This document shows, piece by piece, positions 36,208 through 44,603 of a DNA stretch of 64,000 nucleotides. The notes beneath the pieces are model-generated. The model was not told where the DNA came from. It saw only the letters and a list, made by a program, of their open reading frames with translations, and did not search any database. Within the stretch, counting starts at the first letter, position 1, and the number at the start of each line of letters is the position of its first letter. The stretch spans positions 2,680-66,679 of the forward strand of contig JBDRIE010000025.1 of assembly GCA_043816165.1 (NCBI GenBank), given 5' to 3'. Made by a program: the position numbers and the translations under genes. Source of the DNA: Nitrospirota bacterium (GTDB taxonomy: Bacteria; Patescibacteriota; Gracilibacteria; UBA1369; LOWO2-01-FULL-3).

Positions 36208-36981
36208 ATGTACATCGGAGAATTACTTATTTACATTCCCATCGCACTCGTGGTCCTTGTGATTTCGAGCATTCGAGAGGTGAAACAATATGAAAGAGGT
36301 GTGAAATTTACTTTAGGTAAATACACTAGTCTTTGCATGCCAGGATGGAGAATCATCATTCCGATTTTTCAAAAAATGACCAAGGTTGATATCCGTGTGA
36401 AAGCTGTGGATGTTCCTGATCAAGAAGCTATTACCGAGGACAACATTTCTATCACAATTAATGCGGTTATTTACTACAAAGTTAGTGATGCTGCGAAAGC
36501 TATTATTGAAGTTGAGAATTTTTACTATGCAATCTCTCAACTCGCTCAGACTACTATGAGAAATTCGGTTGGTGAGGTCTCACTTGATGTCCTGCTTAAA
36601 AACAGAGACGATATTGCTGCAAATATTCAAAAAACTGTTGATGCGGCTACAGATCCTTGGGGAATCAAGGTTGAAGCTGTTGAGTTGAAAGATGTTGTAC
36701 TTCCACAAGATTTGAAGAGAACGATGGCGAAAGTTGCGGAGGCTGATCGTGAAAAGAAAGCGGTTATCATCAAGGCTGAAGGTGAAGTGATTGCTTCTGA
36801 TAATTTGGCAAAAGCGGCGCGGACTTTGGCAACAGCTCCCGGAGCATTGCATTTGCGTACTTTGCAATCTGTGAACGATCTTTCATCTGATCAATCAAAT
36901 ACAACCGTTTGGATGATGCCACTCGAAATTTTGAGAGCGGTTGAAAAGGTTGGTGATCATTTTGAAAAGAAAAATAATTAA
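36208..36981 (+). CDS. SPFH/band 7 (stomatin-like) protein
   Basis: 257 aa. N-terminal TM, VKQYERGVKFTLGKY...ITEDNISITINAVIYYKV...RDDIA... is typical stomatin/prohibitin. Confidence 0.9.
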   Translation: MYIGELLIYIPIALVVLVISSIREVKQYERGVKFTLGKYTSLCMPGWRIIIPIFQKMTKVDIRVKAVDVPDQEAITEDNISITINAVIYYKVSDAAKAIIEVENFYYAISQLAQTTMRNSVGEVSLDVLLKNRDDIAANIQKTVDAATDPWGIKVEAVELKDVVLPQDLKRTMAKVAEADREKKAVIIKAEGEVIASDNLAKAARTLATAPGALHLRTLQSVNDLSSDQSNTTVWMMPLEILRAVEKVGDHFEKKNN

Positions 36982-36988
36982 TTAGTGG

Positions 36989-37819
36989 ATGCATAAGAAA
37001 TATGGAATCTTGGCCCATCCTGCCGGGCATTCTTTGTCGCCTGCAATTTTTAATGCGGCTTTCAAGGAGGCTGGGCTGGATGCTGAGTATCGTGTTTATG
37101 ATGTAGCGGAGGAGAAATTGGCTGAGTTTATGAATGTTGTGAAGCATGAGCCGGTGAGCGGCTTGTCTGTTTCTTTGCCACATAAAGAGGCGGTGATTTC
37201 GTATTTGGACGAAGTGGATGAGGATGCGCGTGGGGTCGGTGCCGTGAATTGCGTGGTGAATCGAGGTGGGTTTTTGTATGGATATAATACGGATTTTGTT
37301 GGGTCGAATAAGGCTTTGGAGGAGGCTGTTGGGGAGTTGCGCGGGCGAAAGGTGGTTGTGATTGGCGCTGGGGGTGCTGCTAGAGCAGTTGTTTATGGGC
37401 TTTTGAAAGAAGGAGCTTCGGTTTCTATTGTAAACAGGCATAAGGAGAAGGCCGAAAAGTTGGCGAGTGAATTTTCTGGTGTGTTTGGTCGTGAAGTTTT
37501 GAGTGGTGGAATGGAGGATGCGGATAAATTTGATGGAGAAATTTTGGTACAGGCTAGCTCTATTTGGACTTTGAATCCTGAATCGGAACTGAGAGATCTA
37601 ATCCCCGGGGATTTTGTGAAAAAGTTTGATATTGTGATGGATATTGTTTATAAACCTTTGATGACGCCTTTGTTGAAGGCCGCAGAGAGCATGGGAAAAA
37701 CGGTAATTACCGGGGAGAAGATGCTTCTGTATCAGGCTGTTGAGGCTTTTAAATTGTTTACTGAAAAAGATGCTCCGGTTGGGGTGATGAAGAAAGAACT
37801 TTCCGAGAATCTGGTCTAG
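36989..37819 (+). CDS. aroE: shikimate dehydrogenase
   Basis: 276 aa. GHSLSPAIFNAAF, SVSLPHKEAV, NTDFVG and VIGAGGAARAV motifs. Confidence 0.9.
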   Translation: MHKKYGILAHPAGHSLSPAIFNAAFKEAGLDAEYRVYDVAEEKLAEFMNVVKHEPVSGLSVSLPHKEAVISYLDEVDEDARGVGAVNCVVNRGGFLYGYNTDFVGSNKALEEAVGELRGRKVVVIGAGGAARAVVYGLLKEGASVSIVNRHKEKAEKLASEFSGVFGREVLSGGMEDADKFDGEILVQASSIWTLNPESELRDLIPGDFVKKFDIVMDIVYKPLMTPLLKAAESMGKTVITGEKMLLYQAVEAFKLFTEKDAPVGVMKKELSENLV

Positions 37820-38580
37820 TTGTGCCTCAAAAAGTCAGCGCCTGATTCGTCTTTGGCTTTTGGTTCTTCTTTCTTTTCTATCGCTTTTCCATAGTCTTGT
37901 CCATAGACCGTATCTGCGGCCAGGAAGTCTTTGTCATAGATTTCGACTATCCATCCATAAACCATAGTTACTACGCTCTGAGTGAAGGCTATTGAGCCCC
38001 AAACAACCGGTAAGGCGGCGAACAGTAGAATAGTTGGGCTTGTAACCAGTTTTGCCATCAGGAATATCACCAAAGCACTTATTAGGATCGAAAATGTTAC
38101 TCCGTAGAGACCGACGAGGGCGTATTTGCGATCGGAGACTATTTCCAAAATCAACATGCTGGTTTGAGCTGATACTATAACGTGCAACGCTACCGCCCAG
38201 ACCACTATTCCGATGTCTATTGAAGAAGTTACAAAGTAGACGGGAACCATTAATATAAAGATGATTATGTGTACGATGAATGTTTGGTAAATCGCGGTTG
38301 ACCTGCGAGAGTATTTCTCTTGTTCAGTGTATGAGAGTAAAAATGTGCTAAGCAGATTTCCCAAGGTTGTTGCCAGGAAGATCATTACCATTAAGAAGAA
38401 AATGAAGATCGGGCTGACGTATTGTTCCGGACTCGGATTTAATATCGGAGTGAGGATTGATGAGGACAAAACGAATACGAGTAACAGCAATAACGTGCCG
38501 ATAACTCCTCCTGTCATTCCTGCAAGTATTTTTAAAAGAAAACGTGGAAATGATATTTTTGGTGGGCCTAGTTCTGCCAT
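37816..38580 (-). CDS. polytopic membrane protein, unknown function
   Basis: At least 6 hydrophobic helices. Start set at MAELGPP (38580) because the longer track ORF (to 38646) reads through a GC-rich hairpin element. Confidence 0.6.
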   Translation of the reverse strand: MAELGPPKISFPRFLLKILAGMTGGVIGTLLLLLVFVLSSSILTPILNPSPEQYVSPIFIFFLMVMIFLATTLGNLLSTFLLSYTEQEKYSRRSTAIYQTFIVHIIIFILMVPVYFVTSSIDIGIVVWAVALHVIVSAQTSMLILEIVSDRKYALVGLYGVTFSILISALVIFLMAKLVTSPTILLFAALPVVWGSIAFTQSVVTMVYGWIVEIYDKDFLAADTVYGQDYGKAIEKKEEPKAKDESGADFLRHN

Positions 38581-38617
38581 AAGAATAAGGGTTAATAGGG
38601 ATAATGTACTCGCTCCG

Positions 38618-38644
38618 GCCGCTCCCCTGACGGGGGCCAGCGGC
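38618..38644. repeat. GC-rich hairpin GCCGCT-CCCC-TGAC-GGGG-(GCC)-AGCGGC
   Basis: Inverted repeat in the spacer between lspA and the downstream membrane-protein gene, next to element copy B. Confidence 0.5.
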
Positions 38645-38657
38645 ATGACCCTCTTCG

Positions 38658-38714
38658 GGCCTTCGTGCTATGCTCGCCTTAGCTCGCAGCGCGTCCGCTT
38701 TGCTCCCGCGTGTT
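38658..38714. repeat. GC-rich element, copy B (supplies the lspA 3' end and stop codon)
   Basis: 38665-38714 matches 21034-21083 at 43/50. The lspA stop (38679-38681) lies in the CCTTAGC core. Confidence 0.75.
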
Positions 38715-39137
38715 CTTGAGTCTACCATAAAAGATTATTAGCAACAATATTCCGACAGTTATATAAATGTCTGCCAGGTTGAATGTTGGCCAATACGGTA
38801 CAGCTATGAAATCGATCACGTATCCATGGTAAAGTCTGTCACCCAGATTACTGATTCCTCCCGCTAAAACTCCGGCTGTTAGCACTTGAGAGAGACGATG
38901 ACTCAGATCGAGTTCTTTTTTGATGAAATAAAATAAAACTATCAGAAGTGCGATATTTGCTATGATCAGAAGTTCTTGAGGAATTGGGATGCCAAAAGCG
39001 ATTCCAGTGTTTTTTGAGATCGATAAATATTTCGTTGCGAGGAATTTGGTCGCTTGGTCTGAAAGAACTAATAGAAGGGTGAGAATTGATATATTTTTCA
39101 TAGTTATTATTTGAGCACAAATATTGATAAAATACAA
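38679..39137 (-). CDS. lspA: lipoprotein signal peptidase II
   Basis: NTGIAFGI and FNLADIYITVG motifs. The start is probably MKNISILT at 39101. The last 11 aa (NTREQSGRAAS) are encoded by repeat copy B. Confidence 0.88.
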   Translation of the reverse strand: MYFINICAQIITMKNISILTLLLVLSDQATKFLATKYLSISKNTGIAFGIPIPQELLIIANIALLIVLFYFIKKELDLSHRLSQVLTAGVLAGGISNLGDRLYHGYVIDFIAVPYWPTFNLADIYITVGILLLIIFYGRLKNTREQSGRAAS

Positions 39138-39160
39138 TTAAACTAGTAGTATCTTCCCAC

Positions 39161-40369
39161 ATGAGAAAGATATTTAAGTTTGATACAGTTTTGGCCCTCG
39201 CGGTCCTTTTCTTGCTGATTTTCGGGCTGATTATGATTACCAGTATCGGGGTGCCGAAGTCCATAAGTTTGAGCGCGCCTGGTGTCGATTATCCGAATTG
39301 CAGTGACCCGGCGGTTGATTGTTATCTGCTATTCAAAAAGCATTTATTTAGGTTGTTTGTGGGAATTGTGGCGTTCTTTGTGGCTTTGAAATTGTCGATG
39401 AAGTTTTGGAAGAGAATTTCATTTATTTTTTATGTGTTTTTGATTGCTCTTCTGTTTCTCGTACTGATTTCCGGGGAAGCTTTTGGGACAATTGCTACAA
39501 ACTGGCTTGTAATCTTTGAAACTTCTGTTCAGCCCTCGGAGTTTGCGAAGCTTGGTATAATTTTGTATTTGGCATATTGGCTGAGCAAGAAGCGGGACAG
39601 TGTGGAAAGTTTTCAGAATGGGTTTATTCCGTTTTGTGTGATTGCCGGTTTGATGATTTTGCCAATTGTTTTGCAGAATGATTATGGGTCTACGATGGTT
39701 GTTGGGATAATTGCGATTACTATTTTCTTTGTGGCGGGGGCGAAGGTAAAGCACTTGGCTTTTGGAGTTCTTTTGGCGATGCTGGCCACAATTGTGGTTG
39801 TGTCGGCGGTTCCGCATGTCCGGGAAAGGTTTCAGGGATTTATGAGAGTGGAAGAAGAATGTCTTGAGGATTATTGCTGGCAGTCTCAGCAAGCAAATAT
39901 TGCTGTGGCAACCGGCGGATTTTGGGGAAAGGGTTTGACTCAGGGCGTTCAGAAATCGTACTGGTTGCCGCAGGCTTCGGACGATTTTATTTTTGCAGCT
40001 TCTGCAGAGGAATTAGGATTTTTGAGAATAATTTTTATCGTTTTGGCTTACTTTTTGATAGCGATTCGGGGTTACTCTATTGCAAATAAGGCCTCGAGCA
40101 ATTACGAAATGTTTGTCGCAGTTGGAATAACGACCTGGATTGTTGTTCAGGCTTTCATTAATATTGCAGTGAATACCGCTTTGATGCCGGTGACGGGAGT
40201 GACGTTGCCGTTTGTGAGTTATGGTGGTTCGTCATTGGTGGCATCACTTATTGGAATTGGAATTTTATTAAATATTTCTCAACATACAACTTATCATGCG
40301 AATAGTACTAACAGGTGGAGGAACAGGAGGACACGTCATTCCCAATCTGGCCGTTATAGAAGAGGTTAG
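39161..40369 (+). CDS. ftsW: FtsW/RodA (SEDS) peptidoglycan polymerase
   Basis: 402 aa, about 10 TM, with PEAHTDFIF-like SDDFIFAA and LPFVSYGGSSL. Sits upstream of murG. Its Arg-rich tail overlaps murG by 74 nt. Confidence 0.9.
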   Translation: MRKIFKFDTVLALAVLFLLIFGLIMITSIGVPKSISLSAPGVDYPNCSDPAVDCYLLFKKHLFRLFVGIVAFFVALKLSMKFWKRISFIFYVFLIALLFLVLISGEAFGTIATNWLVIFETSVQPSEFAKLGIILYLAYWLSKKRDSVESFQNGFIPFCVIAGLMILPIVLQNDYGSTMVVGIIAITIFFVAGAKVKHLAFGVLLAMLATIVVVSAVPHVRERFQGFMRVEEECLEDYCWQSQQANIAVATGGFWGKGLTQGVQKSYWLPQASDDFIFAASAEELGFLRIIFIVLAYFLIAIRGYSIANKASSNYEMFVAVGITTWIVVQAFINIAVNTALMPVTGVTLPFVSYGGSSLVASLIGIGILLNISQHTTYHANSTNRWRNRRTRHSQSGRYRRG

Positions 40370-41366
40370 GAATGGGAATGAACTTCTATATATCGGTTCT
40401 AAGGATGGAATGGAAAAGAAGATGGTGGAAAATGCCCCGCCTGTGGCGGGATCTTCGATGGGTGTCCGATATGAGGGCGTGAGCTGTGGGAAGTTGCGCA
40501 GGTATTTTTCTGTTGAGAATTTTGTGGATGCTTTTCGAGTGCCTGTTGGATTTTTTCAGGCGAAGAGTTTGTTGAAGAAGTTTGAGCCGGATGTTGTTTT
40601 TAGTAAGGGAGGTTATGTGAGCGTGCCTGTTGTGATGGCGGCTCGTTGGTTGAAGATTCCTGTGATCGTGCATGAATCCGATATTTCTCCGGGACTTGCA
40701 AACAAGATTTGTTTCAAATTTGCAAAGAAGATTTGTGTAAGTTTTGAGGAAACTTTGGCTTATTTACCTAAAAAGTTTTTGAAGAAAGCTGTTTATACCG
40801 GCTCCCCTGTTCGTGGAGAGATTTTGAAGGGAGACAGTGAGGCAGGTTATCGGTTTACCGGATTTGATAAGCATCGACCTGTGATTCTGGTTGTTGGAGG
40901 AAGTCAGGGTGCGGCGCAGATAAATGAGTTGGTTCGTGCTTCATTGGATGAATTGACGAAAAAATTTCAAATAGTACATATTGTGGGAAAAGGGAATTTG
41001 GATATTGGGGTAAATAAACGTGGCTATGTTCAGTATGAATTTTTGGGGCGTGAGCTTGCGGATGTTTATTCAATCAGCGAGATGGTTGTGACTCGGGGTG
41101 GGGCGAATGTGCTGGCTGAATTGGCATTATTAAAGAAAAAAGTTCTGATAATTCCTTTAAGCACTGAAGCCAGTCGTGGAGATCAGGAAGAAAACGCTCA
41201 TCTTTTTGTTAGAAAATTTGGTTGGTCTATGATTAGCGGTGATATTTCGCGAGAAGATTTCATTAGCAATATCGATCTGACATTCAACAATGAACTTTCG
41301 TATGACAATAAATATAAGAACGGGCTGAAGTCGATAGTGGACATTATTCTTAATTACAAAAAATGA
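40296..41366 (+). CDS. murG: UDP-GlcNAc--lipid I N-acetylglucosamine transferase
   Basis: 356 aa. MRIVLTGGGTGGHVIPNLAV..., GGSQGA, and a C-terminal E-x7-E region. Confidence 0.93.
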   Translation: MRIVLTGGGTGGHVIPNLAVIEEVRNGNELLYIGSKDGMEKKMVENAPPVAGSSMGVRYEGVSCGKLRRYFSVENFVDAFRVPVGFFQAKSLLKKFEPDVVFSKGGYVSVPVVMAARWLKIPVIVHESDISPGLANKICFKFAKKICVSFEETLAYLPKKFLKKAVYTGSPVRGEILKGDSEAGYRFTGFDKHRPVILVVGGSQGAAQINELVRASLDELTKKFQIVHIVGKGNLDIGVNKRGYVQYEFLGRELADVYSISEMVVTRGGANVLAELALLKKKVLIIPLSTEASRGDQEENAHLFVRKFGWSMISGDISREDFISNIDLTFNNELSYDNKYKNGLKSIVDIILNYKK

Positions 41367-42508
41367 AAATAGGAGTAAATGCGAGACTGCTGTGTGAACC
41401 ATTTACCGGAATCGGACAATATACTTTGAATATGTTCCGGGAGTTGGCGAAAATCGATCCTAGTAATGAATATATTTTGGTTGTTCCAAAAAAAGTGGAT
41501 GCTTCATTTCCAAGTAACGTTCGGGTGGAAGTCGTTAAACAAAGGCTACTCGGGACTGCGGGGATGAAAAAAACCTGGTGGGAGCAAATAGCATTGCCGG
41601 AATTTTTTGAAAAGGAGGGAGTGGATATTGCTTTCTACACTTATCCGAGTATTCCGTGGACGAAGGATTGGTACGCTAAGGGAATCAAGACTGTTGTTGC
41701 GATTCATGACTGCATTCCGTGGATGAGGAAGAGTTATCGGCGTGGATTGATGTCAAAGATGTATCATTATCGAAATAAAAAAGCGGTGGCGAGGGCAAGT
41801 TTGGTTTTTACTGTGTCTGAAGTTTCCAAAAAAGACATCGTGAAAGTGTGCGGCGTGGAGCCGGAGCGGGTGCATGTCGTTTACAATGATGCGAGTCCTT
41901 TTTATAAATTGTTGATGCCTCGGGTGGAAATTGCTGAAGTTTTGAGGCGGTTTAGCCTGAAGGATGATCAGTTTTTCCTATATGTTGGCGGTTACGACGA
42001 GAGGAAGAATGTTGGATATTTGAAGAATGAGCATGATGCGTATGTGAAGGAGGGTGGTGAATTGCCTTTGGTGTTGATTGGCGGAAAGTTGCATAAGGGG
42101 AAGCTTTATCGGAGCTATGATGGTGGAGATAATGTAGTGAAGACCGGATTTTTGGATGAAAAGTCTTTGGCCGCTCTATATAGGAGTTGTTCGGCTTTTG
42201 TTAATGTTTCGGATCAGGAAGGTTTTAATATTCCTATTCTGGAAGCGGCAAACAGTAGCGCTCCTTTGATACTTTCAGATATTCCTGTGCATCGGGAAGT
42301 TGCTCACCCCGCCATAGGCGGGGGGTCTTCGACCGGTAATGCGGCTTTGTTTGTGAATATTGGTAAGAAGGGAGCTTTGAAAGATGCGTTTAAAAAAATG
42401 TCTCTGGAGGCCAATCAAGAGAGATTTTCTGCTGACTCTGCGGCGTTGGCTCGGAAATATTCATGGGCGAGCTCTGCACAAAAAGTGAAAGATATGCTAT
42501 TTTCTTAA
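41363..42508 (+). CDS. family 4 (GT-B) glycosyltransferase
   Basis: 381 aa. EGFNIPILEAANSSAPLILSDIPVHREV is the GT4 E-x7-E region. ATGA overlap with murG. Confidence 0.85.
   Translation: MKIGVNARLLCEPFTGIGQYTLNMFRELAKIDPSNEYILVVPKKVDASFPSNVRVEVVKQRLLGTAGMKKTWWEQIALPEFFEKEGVDIAFYTYPSIPWTKDWYAKGIKTVVAIHDCIPWMRKSYRRGLMSKMYHYRNKKAVARASLVFTVSEVSKKDIVKVCGVEPERVHVVYNDASPFYKLLMPRVEIAEVLRRFSLKDDQFFLYVGGYDERKNVGYLKNEHDAYVKEGGELPLVLIGGKLHKGKLYRSYDGGDNVVKTGFLDEKSLAALYRSCSAFVNVSDQEGFNIPILEAANSSAPLILSDIPVHREVAHPAIGGGSSTGNAALFVNIGKKGALKDAFKKMSLEANQERFSADSAALARKYSWASSAQKVKDMLFS
42307..42323. repeat. GC-rich palindrome CCCCGCC-ATA-GGCGGGG inside the GT4 CDS
   Basis: Perfect 7-bp stem, in frame, encoding PAIGGG. 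Near-identical to the terminator hairpin at 35001-35015. Confidence 0.6.
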
Positions 42509-42513
42509 TCGAT

Positions 42514-43047
42514 ATGGAACTAATAAATATTCTCATTATAGGTAGTGCGATCGTTCTGGTGCTTGTGCTCTGGGTGATTGTTGGGGTGAGGCATCTTCTT
42601 GGGCTTGTGCAGCGGATTCGGGAAGAATGGGAGGTTGTGGATGAATCTTTGCGGAAGAGGCATGATATATTGCCGAATTTGATTGAAACTGTGAGGGGAT
42701 TTGCTACTGATCAGGAGAGTTTGTTGCAAGATATGATAGATAAACGGGTACGGGCCGCGAAATCTTACGGTGCAAGTGGGAAAAAAATTGAGTATGAACA
42801 TGATCTGAGCAAAGTGATTGATAAGGTTATTGGTTTGGGAAGGAATTTTCAGGAATTGTCTAAGGATACAAATTTCTTGGAATTGAGGAAGGGAATTGAT
42901 GATTTGGAGATACAGATTGAAGAGAAATCGAAGAATTATAATGTGATGGTTAGATACTACAATAGGCATCGTTCGGGGATTTCGTTGCGTCCTCTTGCGG
43001 CTATTTGGGGGCTTAAGGCTGAGAACATCTTCGAGGTAGAAATCTGA
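42514..43047 (+). CDS. lemA: LemA family protein
   Basis: N-terminal TM then RIREEWEVVDESLRKRHDILPNLIETVRGFA...YNVMVRYYN. Start set at MELINI. The track ORF starts at 42463 inside the GT4 gene. Confidence 0.85.
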   Translation: MELINILIIGSAIVLVLVLWVIVGVRHLLGLVQRIREEWEVVDESLRKRHDILPNLIETVRGFATDQESLLQDMIDKRVRAAKSYGASGKKIEYEHDLSKVIDKVIGLGRNFQELSKDTNFLELRKGIDDLEIQIEEKSKNYNVMVRYYNRHRSGISLRPLAAIWGLKAENIFEVEI

Positions 43048-43092
43048 TTTTATTTCTGTAAAGGAAATTTTCCAATTTTTGAAAAGTTTCTG

Positions 43093-43121
43093 TTGACGGT
43101 GAGTGTTTACTCACCTATATT
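43093..43121 (+). promoter_or_regulatory. sigma-70-type promoter of lexA
   Basis: TTGACG (43093-43098), 17 nt, TATATT (43116-43121), about 30 nt upstream of the lexA ATG. Confidence 0.55.
43098..43115. promoter_or_regulatory. candidate LexA operator GGTGAGT-GTTT-ACTCACC
   Basis: Perfect 7-4-7 palindrome filling the -35/-10 spacer of lexA. A further GGTGAGC half-site lies at 43124-43130. Confidence 0.45.
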
Positions 43122-43151
43122 GTTGGTGAGCATATCCTTACCCTAAAAATT

Positions 43152-43772
43152 ATGAACGAATATTTAACAGACAAACAGGAGGCAGTATTGAAGTTCATTG
43201 AGGAATATCAATTGGCTTATGGAAAATCTCCTACTCTTAAGGAGATGCGTGAGAAATTCAAGGTCAGTTCTGACAATAGCATCTTGAAGCATTTAAAGGC
43301 GCTGCAGGAGAAGGGATACCTCGAGAAGGATGATACTCCGAGAGGGATTAAGTTGCTGGATAGCGTAAAGCAGAAATTGACCGGGGGTGGAGTGAGCGTG
43401 CCAATTCTTGGATCTATTCCTGCTGGTGGGCCTGTTATGACTGATGAATATATTAATGGATGGATGAGTGTTGGTGAGGATTTGGCGAAGAACAATAAAG
43501 ACTTTTTTATGTTGGAAGTGACCGGTCGAAGTATGATTGATGCTGGAATTTATGAAGGTGATTTGGTTCTTGTTAATATGAAGAAGGAGGCTAGGGATGG
43601 AGACGTTGTTGTTGCTTTGATTGATAATGAAAATACTTTGAAGAGGCTGGTTAAACAAAGTGGTGGAAAAATTTATTTAAAAGCAGAAAATAGAGAATAT
43701 GAAGATATACATCCAATTGAAGAATTGGTCGTACAGGGAACGGTGACGGCTTTGATAAGGCAATACTCCTAA
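43152..43772 (+). CDS. lexA: LexA repressor
   Basis: 206 aa. Winged-helix N-domain (LTDKQEAVLKFIEEY...SPTLKEM), S24 peptidase core GRSMIDAGI...GDLVLV, and a K in the ...LKRL region. Confidence 0.93.
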   Translation: MNEYLTDKQEAVLKFIEEYQLAYGKSPTLKEMREKFKVSSDNSILKHLKALQEKGYLEKDDTPRGIKLLDSVKQKLTGGGVSVPILGSIPAGGPVMTDEYINGWMSVGEDLAKNNKDFFMLEVTGRSMIDAGIYEGDLVLVNMKKEARDGDVVVALIDNENTLKRLVKQSGGKIYLKAENREYEDIHPIEELVVQGTVTALIRQYS

Positions 43773-44125
43773 AGGGGCGGACATTGGAGTTTAAAAAAAT
43801 TTAATCATTAAAAAACAGCTTGAGCTGGCGCTTTTAGGTCAGCGTTATTTACCCAACTAATTAATTAACCAAATATATTATGTTTATCACACTAACTGTC
43901 GATACAAACATCAAAAAAAACTCAGGTATCAAACTCCGAAAAAATAAAATGAATCCTGCTCACGGATGGAGAAAAGCAATCAATGTAAGGAAGAGAAGTT
44001 TGTGGCAAAGGGTCAGATCTTGGAGGAGATCTTTAAGGGGTGGAAAATACAAATTGGACGGGCAGGCTGTTATGTTTTAATTGTGATTGCCGGCATGTGT
44101 CGGATTTTTTATAGGAATGAGGGGA

Positions 44126-44153
44126 AAAAGTGGGCACGTGCCCACTTTTTTCT
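44126..44153 (+). terminator. perfect palindromic intrinsic terminator
   Basis: AAAAGTGGGCAC/GTGCCCACTTTT followed by a T-run. Ends a 350-bp stretch with no convincing CDS. Confidence 0.6.
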
Positions 44154-44219
44154 TGGGGCGTTGGCTTGAATATGCGATCCTTGTTTTTTGCGTACCTTTC
44201 AATTACCATTAGCTACCGT

Positions 44220-44543
44220 ATGGAAACTAAATATGTGAAAATCGCTGTGTTTGTTCCGACTACTCACGCGGATGAGGTGAGGAAAGTTTTGAGTGAGAGT
44301 GGGGCCGGGCATGTTGGGAACTATGATTTTTGTAGCTTTAGTACGAAAGGGACTGGGCGATTTCGAGGGCTGGAAGGGACGAAGCCTTTTGTGGGAAAAG
44401 CTGGCAAGGTTGAGAAAGTTGAAGAGGAAAAAATTGAGACGATTTGTCCTTATGGAAAACTGCAGACCGTCATTGATGAGCTGAAGAGAGTCCATCCGTA
44501 TGAAGAGCCTGCTATAGATATTTATCCGCTGCTAAACAACTAG
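44220..44543 (+). CDS. YqfO/NIF3-insert-like PII-fold protein (COG3323 type)
   Basis: 107 aa from METKYVK. KIAVFVPTTHADEVRKVL..AGHVGNYDFCSFSTKGTGRFRGLEG..PFVG...HPYEEPAIDIYPL matches the stand-alone NIF3-insert family. Confidence 0.78.
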   Translation: METKYVKIAVFVPTTHADEVRKVLSESGAGHVGNYDFCSFSTKGTGRFRGLEGTKPFVGKAGKVEKVEEEKIETICPYGKLQTVIDELKRVHPYEEPAIDIYPLLNN

Positions 44544-44603
44544 AAATATTTGCACTTCCGGGAGATTTCTATAGAATAATATTCCAAGTTTAAGGGCTTT
44601 TCT

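Noticed and set aside
36770-37441. 223-aa ORF antisense to the SPFH and aroE genes
   Set aside because: It spans two well-supported plus-strand genes and their junction. Its composition is that of a shadow frame.
38581-38728. N-terminal extension of the membrane-protein ORF (to 38646) and the overlapping 126-aa and 130-aa ORFs
   Set aside because: These frames are open only across the GC-rich hairpin and repeat copy B. The A/G/R/P-rich translations reflect element composition, not a protein.
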